A stretch of DNA of 64,000 nucleotides from Eledone cirrhosa. Lineage: Eukaryota. The notes below the pieces were generated by a model that was not told the origin of the DNA, ran no database searches, and saw nothing but the letters and a program-made list of their open reading frames with translations. This document shows, one piece after another, positions 54,705-64,000 of this stretch. Within the stretch, counting starts at the first letter, position 1. Each line of letters opens with the position of its first letter. The position numbers were made by a program, and so were the translations under genes. The stretch lies in NCBI GenBank assembly GCA_964016885.1, contig OZ024752.1, forward strand, positions 42,284,001 to 42,348,000. Reading direction: 5' to 3'.

Positions 54705-54775
54705 TATTTTATCTGATGAGAACGCAGATATCATCCCATGATGATATTTGTTTTTGAAATGCGCATAATAAAATA
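54705..54775 (+). ncRNA. Minimal type-I hammerhead ribozyme motif (family C)
   Basis: TATTTTAT-CTGATGA-GAACGCAGATATCATC(CCAT)GATGATATTTGTTTTT-GAAA-TGCGCA-TA^ATAAAATA; palindromic stem III ATGCGCAT. Confidence 0.82.
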
Positions 54776-54803
54776 CTTGGAACTCTTTTAACCATCTTTT
54801 GAT

Positions 54804-54882
<79 letters not shown>

Positions 54883-54925
54883 GATATATTAACAAATGGA
54901 AACTATATATTTATAAAACCATATT

Positions 54926-54990
54926 TATTTCATTATACATATTTCAAGGACACGAAGTTAAATTATGGTGTGCTTTCATCAGATAAAATA
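54926..54990 (-). ncRNA. Minimal type-I hammerhead ribozyme motif (family A), left arm of palindrome
   Basis: Exact reverse complement of 55150-55214. Confidence 0.8.
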
Positions 54991-55149
54991 TAATATAGAG
55001 CAGTTTTATAAATAAATATTGACATACCCTTAAAGAATGCAACCATTTCTGTTGGAAGTTCCCGGATCCACTATCTGGGAGCTTCCAACAGAAATGGTTG
55101 CATTCTTTAAGGGTATGTCAATATTTATTTATAAAACTGCTCTATATTG

Positions 55150-55214
55150 TATTTTATCTGATGAAAGCACACCATAATTTAACTTCGTGTCCTTGAAATA
55201 TGTATAATGAAATA
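55150..55214 (+). ncRNA. Minimal type-I hammerhead ribozyme motif (family A), right arm of palindrome
   Basis: TATTTTAT-CTGATGA-AAGCACAC..GTGTCCTT-GAAA-TATGTA-TA^ATGAAATA. Confidence 0.8.
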
Positions 55215-55521
55215 AATATGGTTTTATAAATATAGTTTCCATTTGCTAATATATCGTATTTTTACTCCAATAATTTGTTGAGTGCTTTATATCAGTTATA
55301 AAAATATTTGCTTGTTGTACCCCAAAAATTTAAATAGGACTTCTACATATATATATATATATATATAACAAAGAAAGTGTGGTAAGAAACCAGGTGGACC
55401 ATAACGCACCAGAGTAGTTGATTCTTAGGGTAGTAGAGTGTGTAATAGGAACATAGTCAGGACCCCGACGGTTGAGTTCCGGCCATTTCGACAGTTAGAT
55501 CCGAACTGTATATGTATATAT

Positions 55522-55557
55522 TCTTCTGATAAAGGACTAGCGTCCGAAACGTTAAGA
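55522..55557 (+). ncRNA. Very short hammerhead-like variant
   Basis: TCTT-CTGATAA-A-GGAC(TAGC)GTCC-GAAA-CG-TT-AAGA; core G8 changed to A. Confidence 0.45.
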
Positions 55558-55650
55558 CCCTCTTCCTGCTATATCAAGCGTTGACCTAATATATTCCTTT
55601 CATATACTGTACCGATTGTGTTGTTATTTCCGTTTACCTTTTACATAAAT

Positions 55651-56240
55651 ATCATCATCATCGTCATCATCGTTTAACGTCCATCTTCCACGCTTGCATG
55701 GGTTTGGACGGGAGTTTTCCCACTTGAGGCAAGAGTGGTTGTCTTTCTCGCATAGGACTGTCTGGCGGGTTTTCTACAGCTGGATGCCCTTCCTAACACC
55801 AACCACATTTACAGTGTGGGGCTGGGAGGTTTTTACCATGTTGCCTACACGGCCACATTACAGCGTGGACTGTCTGGCGGGTTTTCTACAGCTGGATGCC
55901 CTTCTTAACACCAACCACATTTACAGTGTGGGGCTGGGAGGTTTTTACCGTGTTGCCTACACGGCCACATTACAGCGTGGACTATCTGGCGGGTTTTCTA
56001 CAGCTGGATGCCCTTCCTAACACCAACCACATTTACAGTGTGGGGCTGGGAGGTTTTTACCATGTTGCCTACACGGCCACATTACAGCGTGGACTGTCTG
56101 GCGGGTTTTCTACTGCTGGATGCCCTTCCTAACACCAACCACATTTACAGTGTGGGACTGGGAGGTTTTTACCGTGTTGCCTACACGGCCACATTTACAG
56201 CGTGGACTGTGTGTTTTTTGTCGTGACACCTACACGACCT
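55651..56240 (-). mobile_element. SINE family 2-type 3' region with 112-bp unit repeated 4x
   Basis: GGACTGTCTGGCGGGTTTTCTACAGCTGGATGCCC... recurs every 112 bp. Confidence 0.8.
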
Positions 56241-56485
56241 CATTTGTTTCGGATTGGATATTGTGGTACCAACATATCACTCATCTCTCCTCCTATCTCA
56301 TCCTTCCTCATTATACTCCTCCCCCTCCACTTTTTACTCTCATCTCCTCCTCTTTTTCATCCTTTCCAACCCTCCCCTCAATTTTTTTCTCCCAATATCA
56401 CCCATCAATCTAAAACTACTTTTCATATGTTGATTTAAAACTGCACTATTCACAGGTGTTTTTTAACCTTCATATCATGTCTCCC

Positions 56486-56556
56486 TATTTTATCTGACGA
56501 AGACGCAGATATCATCGCATGATGATATTTGTTTTTGAAATGCGCATAATAAAATA
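56486..56556 (+). ncRNA. Minimal type-I hammerhead ribozyme motif (family C)
   Basis: TATTTTAT-CTGACGA-AGACGCAGATATCATC(GCAT)GATGATATTTGTTTTT-GAAA-TGCGCA-TA^ATAAAATA. Confidence 0.82.
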
Positions 56557-56584
56557 CATGGAACTCTTTTAACCATCTTTTGAT

Positions 56585-56642
<58 letters not shown>

Positions 56643-56763
56643 AAATACGTATAGTTAGCACCCCAAACGTATAATTGGGATTATACTAAGGTATATCCTA
56701 ATGTTTGTTGAGTGAGACGGAAGCCGGTCGGAGTATTGCTTAATGCTTTCTCTGTTAATGTAT

Positions 56764-56811
<48 letters not shown>

Positions 56812-57382
56812 TAAAGTTAGTCCTTCATCAGTGATCTTCCAACCATCATTGGTATTTCATCGCTTTAAAGACCATATAGCTCCGGTTGGTGCGAGCAATG
56901 GCTAAAAAAAAGTCGTGGGGACACGAGAGTGTAAACAAACAAAGATGGTAAAGCAACGAAAAGTGAGGAAGAACGAGTCAAGTCCCAAATTTCCATGAAT
57001 ATCAGTTCGGTGAAATCGTGAACGAGAGAGAATAAAGACCATCAAACCTGGTTGGAATGTGAGCAAGGAAGGAATTCCGTACAGGTCTAACGGGAGGAAG
57101 AAGGAATCTAGTCTGTGAATTCGGTGAACATAAGTTCTGTGAAATCGTAGACGAGAGAGAGAAAAAAGGCGAACCAGCCTGGTCAAGCATGCGAAAGAAA
57201 AGAATTATATATATATATAAATGCCATTGTTAATTAATAAATACATCAACTAATACCTTAACACTTCACACAAAGTAAAATATTTCGTTTTAATCATTTT
57301 CGAACCCAGAAAAAAAAGAGAAAAAAAAAAAAAGGGAGAAAAAAAAAAGTTTTTTCTTCCAAATAATCGTCTTTTTCTCCGT

Positions 57383-57438
<56 letters not shown>

Positions 57439-57674
57439 AGTTACTAGTTTAAACTAGAAAGACCATGTTCAGCAAAGTACTCGATACTTAGGAAAGCAGA
57501 ACGTATGTATTGTTTACAATTCACACACACACACACACACATACATACATACATACATACATACATACATACATACATACATACATACATACATACATAC
57601 ATACATACATACATACATACATACATACATACATACATACATACATACATACATACATACATACATACATACAT

Positions 57675-58021
57675 GTAAACGTTGTCAGAAAAATACAGGA
57701 GGAGGAGGACATCTACGGACCATTGATGAGGAGTTTACAAATCCAGTATCCAAGATACACCTTTAGCTTCATACCCATCATTATTGGTGCTACGGGTTTT
57801 ATACCAACCCGCTTAGACCAAAGTATGACTGAACTTGGATTTGCGGACAAAAAGCGCAGCTCCCTAATTCATAGTCTACAAATGGCTGCGATAGCTGGCA
57901 CCTTCAAAATTTGGAAAACATTCTTGCGATTCAAGGGATGACAATTTCTTTTCTTTTACAACCTTGCCACCAGGAAGGTGGCCGGTCAAAAAAATATACT
58001 CGAAATTAAGAGAAAGAGAAA
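57675..58021 (+). mobile_element. 3' fragment of an RLE-type (R4/Dong-like) non-LTR retrotransposon inserted in (ACAT)n
   Basis: Translation NVVRKIQEEEDIYGPL...FIPIIIGATG...LQMAAIAGTFKIWKTF resembles the restriction-like endonuclease C-terminus; (ACAT)n on both sides. Confidence 0.7.
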
Positions 58022-58278
58022 ACATACATACATACATACATACAGACAGACAGACAGAATTAATATATCTACCGACATATGTATACAGATGCATACCTAC
58101 GCTAGCAGATATATATGTTTTGTCTTAGTAACTTTGTGGTTCTATGCAGGGGAATGCAGAACAATTATATGAAAGACGTAAATAAGAAAGTTATGAAAAT
58201 TGACTTAATTACTAAAATTTCACGCCAACTAATTAGTTTCTGTAGGGGAAATTTTAGTAAGTAAGTCTTATTTACGTC

Positions 58279-58313
<35 letters not shown>

Positions 58314-58319
<6 letters not shown>

Positions 58320-58579
58320 TTCCTCAAAGATCCAGTTCGAGTGCGAGTGTATAAGAATTCGTAGAATATTCTATGAATATATATATATATATAACCAAAA
58401 GTTAAACAAGGTTCATTGATTAATCAATGAATATAGTTTTACAATAGATTAGAAGCACTCAACGAAGAAGTTTTCTAGAGTTATTAATATTAATTCAAAT
58501 ATATATATATATATATATTCATAGAATATTCTACGAATTCTTATACACTCGCGCTCGAACTGGATCTTTGGGGAACTCT
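58314..58579. repeat. (TA)n-associated inverted duplication
   Basis: 58317-58380 is inverted at 58514-58578. Confidence 0.8.
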
Positions 58580-58645
58580 ATTTGTATGTGTGCTTATATA
58601 TATATATATACGCACACATACAAATATATATATATATATATATAA

Positions 58646-58693
<48 letters not shown>

Positions 58694-58968
58694 GGAATAG
58701 AATGAAACGAAATTTCATTTCTCACTCTTAGTACGGCAGTTACTTAAATGTAAGTATGTATACGTACATACATATATGTATACAGACGTACAGTAGTATG
58801 TATATATATATATACATACATGCACACATATATATATATATATGCATGTATCGGTTTACTGAACATTTATTATAATGATCGGTTTGTTCGTTTGTAAACA
58901 AACAAACAGCCCGAATTACGCCGTACAATGTTTAGGCAACCACGTCACCTTTTTGTTCAATACTCTCT

Positions 58969-59005
<37 letters not shown>

Positions 59006-59120
59006 GTTTTAATATAGATGAGATTCTACAGGACTAGAACTGTTTCATTCTTTAGAAATCATGATGATTTCTAAAGAATGAAACAGTTCTAGTCCTGTAG
59101 AATCTCATCTATATTAAAAC
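59006..59120. repeat. Perfect ~115-bp palindrome next to (TA)n
   Basis: GTTTTAATATAGATGAG...GAAATCAT-G-ATGATTTC...CTCATCTATATTAAAAC. Confidence 0.9.
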
Positions 59121-59309
59121 TTTTATACTCTGCAATGTATTGAGTACCTTACTTACTGTGGTTACCTCCGATTCAACCCGGAATAACGTATATATATATA
59201 TATATATATATATATAAGCACACATACAGAGGAGGAAGAGGGACACATACAAATAGATAGGCTCACAGATAGCAGAGAATAACTCAACAGTTAGTGGAAA
59301 ATTACTTAC

Positions 59310-59337
59310 AACCGTCGTTTTCGTCTATACAAGCCAT
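59310..59337 (-). CDS. STEAP: Candidate upstream coding exon of the STEAP gene (MACIDENDG, phase 1)
   Basis: AAG-ATG GCT TGT ATA GAC GAA AAC GAC GGT T|GTAAGT; splicing to the acceptor at 48947 gives T+GT AAG GAA ACT ATG, in frame with the 453-aa ORF; lies in the unique CpG-containing block 59280-59990. Confidence 0.5.
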
Positions 59338-60088
59338 CTTCGTAGAGACAGTTACTCGTTTGCAATTTCTCTCCCGTTTAAATCTAAACTAAACCCGACC
59401 TAACTATTTATATGTAAATAATAATAATATCCTGTTAATAGGTCACTCACCGTTTGTCTTTTTACGACATGGACCGGTTGGTACACCTTCGTTAGCACTT
59501 TCTTTGTTTATTTATTTCTCTGCGTGGGTTTTTTTGTCCCGCGTGCAAGTATTTTTAATTAGAAATTCCAGGATATGATCTTTTTGTGACAACGAATTAA
59601 ATCGTATAAAGCTGAACTCGTAACCTGATTGGGTAGTTTTAACGGCGTCAAGAAAACTTAGGATAGCTGTTAAAATAATTGTTTTGGTATTTTCACAGAA
59701 TGAAAATAGATACACATAATATAAACAATATTTAACAAATATATATAAACAAAGCGACCATCAATTCACCACCAAGTGCCACAATAGGCCGCACACCATC
59801 AGGGTCAAAGGAACAACACTTTCAGGCAAGCCAACACCCTCGTAATATTACGACGGGGTGATGACAAGGTTAAAAGCGATGAAATAACCAACCACCCCTT
59901 ACTGCCATCACCTGACACCTCAGTAAAGCGAGCCGCCAGTAATGACAAGATCTTCGCTGTCAACGTCCCTGTAGCGAGATTCTCTCCACACCTTGATCTC
60001 TGAGTGACATTTAAACCGGCCGTATCGGGTCAGAATTCTCTCACCTCTTTCTGTTCAAACCGGCCGTAACTAGCAGTTCATACTTCTG

Positions 60089-60317
60089 TTAACCCTTTAG
60101 TGTTCAAACCGGCCAAAACCAGCCAGAATTCTCTACCTCTTTCTGTTGAAACTGGCTGTGACTGGTTGCTCAAACTGATGTTAAGGTATTGTTCTCAAAA
60201 TAAATATTTTCAAAATCTCATAGATTCGATATTATGTGAGATAACTATGTGAGGTAAAGCCTTTACCATGAAAATACAATAGTATATATAGAGTAATGTG
60301 AATGCTAAAGGGTTAAG
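60089..60317 (-). mobile_element. piggyBac-like MITE, unit length
   Basis: TTAACCCTTTAG ... AATGCTAAAGGGTTAA. Confidence 0.75.
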
Positions 60318-60494
60318 GTATTGTTCTAAAAAAAAAATCAAAATCTGATAGATTCGATATTATATACAATTATGTGAAGTAAAGTTTTTACTGTGAAAAT
60401 ACAATAGTAAATATAGAGTAATGTAAACGCTAAATGGGTTAACAGTCAAATTCTGGGTTGATAACAACTGAATAATAGAACGAACTCTATAGAT

Positions 60495-60681
60495 AATTGT
60501 TTCTACTTTAGGCACAAGGCCAGCAATTACCCAGTGCATTACTGGTACTTTATTTTATCGACCCCGTAAGGATGAAAGGCAAAGTCAACCTCGGCGGGAT
60601 TTGAACTCAGATCGTAAAGGGACATAACTATGCTGGAAAGCATGGCGTCCGACCCTCCACCGATACTGCCAATCCACCGCC
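60495..60681 (-). mobile_element. SINE family 1
   Basis: Full-length reverse-complement copy. Confidence 0.85.
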
Positions 60682-61314
60682 TTATAGATAATGAACACAA
60701 CCACAAGTTTGCCGCCTTCGTGCCCCCCACAAAAAATACACATTGCTCTTAATATATAAATTAAGGGTATGGTCCGAACATGGAAGAGCCGAACTCCCAC
60801 TGTCATCGTCCCCCATCTTTCTCGCCCTCCCCATCTCTCTGTATGGTGAGCAAATGGGGGTCCCACGTGCTGGCCTACCCACAACCCCCCCGGCGGACAG
60901 AATGGAGAAGGCGTTTGCCCGGAGGATGGTGAGGGAGTTTACCTCCTGCTTTGGCGTAAACAAGTTGATGCGTGGGCGATCCCTCTCGAGGCAAGGGGAG
61001 AGAGAGGACCCATCATCAGGCAGTTCGGAGCAGTTCTTGAGAGAATAACGATGTAAAACATTTGCTTTCTACAACTTCCTTGGGGAGGTGGGGTTCTACA
61101 GACTTCTACAGACCTTTACTCTCTCTCTCTCCTGGACTTACAGGCTCTCCGGCCACAGACTATTTCAACCATAACAGCAAAAACATCGTTAACGTTTATA
61201 ACTTGTAGTATATCTATATATTCTTTGTTCATTTATTAAGTGAACTGAAGTAAATTTTGTATCAAAACGAAACCATCTATTTTGTGTTATTTCACCGCTA
61301 ACTATATCACTTCA

Positions 61315-61958
61315 GCAGAGGGTCGGACGCCATGCTTTGACGCAAAGAGTTATGTCCCTTTACGATCTGAGTTCAAATCCCGCCGAGGTTAACTTTGCCT
61401 TTCATCTTTACGGGGTCGATAAAATAAAGTACCAGTAATGTACTGGGTGATTTGCTGTCCTTGTGCCAAAAAGTAGAAACAACTATATCATGGGCGGTGG
61501 ATTGGCAGTATCGGTAGAGGATCGGACGCCATGCTTTGCAGCACAGAGTTATGCCCTTTTATGTTGTTGTTGTTGTTTTTGTTGTTGTTGTTACAGCTCA
61601 CACCCATGCAGGTTTAGCTGGCCTCCTCCAAGGTATATCTCGTTGGGGGTGTCTTGGGTGATTTAATGATAGGTACCCCAGTCCTATCATCTCATTTCTA
61701 CAGCTGAATAAACTGGAGCAACGTGAAATAAAGTGTCTTGCTCAAGGACACAACACATCACCCGGTCCGAGAATTGAACACACAACCTTTCGATTGCAAG
61801 CCCAATGCTCTAACCACTAATCCATGTGCCTTCACATGGTCTGAGTTCAAATCCCGCCGAGGTTAACTTTGCCTTTCATCCTTATGGGGGGTCGATAAAA
61901 TAAATTACCAGTAATGCACTGGGATAATTGCTGGCCTTGTGCTAAAAGTAGAAACAGT
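61315..61958. mobile_element. Family-1 SINEs (+) with a nested family-2-like SINE (-, about 61565-61835)
   Basis: Family-1 head stops at GCCCTTTTATG (61563) and resumes ATGGTCTGAGTTCAAATCC (61836). Confidence 0.7.
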
Positions 61959-62214
61959 TGTTTCACCTCTAACAACATTTATTAACTTTTGCTTCGCTGT
62001 CAGCGGCCCGACTCCACCAAACGTCTCTCAAATGTCACAGGCTGAAATAAACTTTGCCAATTTGCCGCCTTAGAAATTAGATAGAGTCGTGAGAATGTCG
62101 GATAGGTTGTTTTGCAGTATTCGTTTCGACTTTCTACTCTCTGAGTTCAAATCCCGCCGAGGTCAACTTTACTTTTCGTCCATTCGAGGTCTAATACTGG
62201 AGTTGATTATTACT

Positions 62215-62803
62215 CAAAAGTGACACAGAGGAGACTGAGGTTGGCTGGACATGCTCACCGACATCCAGAGTTGACATTGCACTCAGTGCTCCTTTGGGAG
62301 CCCCTACATGGACACACTAGGTTAGCTGGACATGCTCACCGACATCCAGAGTTGACACTGCACTCAGTGCTCCTGTGGGAGCCCCTACATGGACACACTA
62401 GGTTAGCTGGACATGCTCACCGACATCCAGAGTTGACATTGCACTCAGTGCTCCTTTGGGAGCCCCTACATGGACACACTGGGTTAGCTGGACATGCTCA
62501 CCGACATCCAGAGTTGACACTGCACTCAGTGCTCCTGTGGGAGCCCCTACATGGACACACTAGGTTAGCTGGACATGCTCACCGACATCCAGAGTTGACA
62601 TTGCACTCAGTGCTCCTTTGGGAGCCCCTACATGGACACACTAGAAGAGGAAGACCAAGGTTAACGTATGTTGATGCCCTAAGGACAGACACTGGTCTGT
62701 TGGAGATGCAGGATATGGCAGCGATAATGAGGGACAGAGACCGCTGGAGAGAACTCGTCCATGGATCTCGGGAATTTTACCCGCCTTAGATAGATAGATA
62801 GAT
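62215..62803 (+). mobile_element. RTE-clade LINE 3' fragment with in-frame 81-bp unit repeated 5x
   Basis: RRLRLAGHAHRHPEL...LLWEPLHGHTRRGRPRLTYVD..DRDRWRELV; (TAGA)n tail. Confidence 0.88.
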
Positions 62804-62860
62804 TATTCCTCTATATCTCTGTTTCTCGCTTCCATTCTCTGAATGTGCATTCTCTGTTTG

Positions 62861-63050
62861 GGCGGTGGTGGATTGGCAGTATCGGTAGAGGGTCGGACGC
62901 CATGCTTTCCAGCATAGTTACGTCCCTTTACGATCTGAGTTCAAATCCCGCCGAGGTTGACTTTGCCTTTCATCCTTACGGGGTCGATAAAATAAAGTAC
63001 CAGTAATGCACTGGGTAATTGCTGGCCTTGTGCCTAAAGTAGAAACAATT
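62861..63050 (+). mobile_element. SINE family 1, full length
   Basis: A-box, B-box, GCCTTTCATCCTTACGGGGTCGATAAAATAAAGTACCAG core and tail. Confidence 0.88.
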
Positions 63051-63082
63051 CTCTGAATGTGCAAACGTCTCTAATTATGTCC

Positions 63083-64000
63083 GCCGGGGGGCTGTGGAGC
63101 GGCCAATGCGTGGAACCACATTTGCTGGTGATAGTGAGAGATTGGGGGAGGGCGAGGGGGACGGAGGCGATGACAGTGGGAGTTTGGCTCCTCAGTGTCC
63201 GGACATGGTGTACATGAGAGATTGGGGGAGGATGGGAGAGAGAAAGAGCGATGACAGTGGGAGTTTGGCTCCTCAGTGTTGTTCGGACCTGGTGTACATG
63301 AGAGATTGGGGGAGGGCGAGAGAGACGGAGGCGATGACAGTGGGAGTTTGGCTCCTCAGTGTCCGGACATGGTGTACATGAGAGATTGGGGGAGGATGGG
63401 AGAGAGAAAGAGCGATGACAGTGGGAGTTTGGCTCCTCAGTGTCCGGACATGGTGCACATGAGAGATTGGGGGAGGGCGAGAGAGACGGAGGCGATGACA
63501 GTGGGAGTTTGGCTCCTCAGTGTCCGGACATGGTGTACATGAGAGATTGGGAGAGGGTGGGAGAGAGAAAGAGCGATGACAGTGGGAGTTTGGCTCCTCT
63601 GTGTTCGGACATGGTGTACATGAGAGATTGGGGGAGGGGCGAGAGAGACGGAGGCGATGACAGTGGGAGTTTGGCTCCTCAGTGTTGTTCGGACCTGGTG
63701 TACATGAGAGATTGGGGGAGGGTGGGAGAGAGAAAGAGCGATGCCAGTGGGAGTTTGGCTCCTCAGTGTTGTTCGGACATGGTGTACATGAGAGATTGGG
63801 AGAGGGTGGGAGAGAGAAAGAGCGATGACAGTGGGAGTTTGGCTCCTCAGTGTCCGGACATGGTGTACATGAGAGATTGGGAGAGGGTGGGAGAGAGAAA
63901 GAGCGATGACAGTGGGAGTTTGGCTCCTCAGTGTTCGGACCTGGTGTACATGAGAGATGGGGGCGGGGATGCGAAAGAGACGTAGGCGATGACAGTGGGA
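63083..64000 (-). repeat. ~82-bp minisatellite expansion of the same dispersed repeat as 34189-34730
   Basis: Reverse complement of the 34-kb unit (GATGACAGTGGGAGTTTGGCTCCTC..TCCGGACATGGTGTACATGAGAGAT); runs off the window end. Confidence 0.9.

Overview
Animal genomic DNA that is very rich in repeats: (TA)n/(CA)n/(AG)n microsatellites, many minisatellites, two tRNA-derived SINE families, RTE/Tx1/R4-type LINE fragments, and piggyBac-, hAT- and Tc1/mariner-like MITEs. The repeat landscape resembles an octopus/cephalopod genome (inference only). One real protein-coding gene is visible: a STEAP-family metalloreductase on the - strand. Almost all of its CDS is in one exon (47574-48946), and a small upstream exon (59310-59337) probably joins it in frame. 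The most notable hidden structure is a set of about 11 minimal type-I hammerhead ribozyme motifs (stem I-CUGANGA-stem II-GAAA-palindromic stem III-UH-stem I'). They sit in short non-coding elements flanked by (TA)n that often form fold-back inverted duplications, like Penelope-like-element termini or retrozymes. Five of these motifs cluster in the STEAP intron. Most long ORFs in the track are microsatellite translations, not genes.
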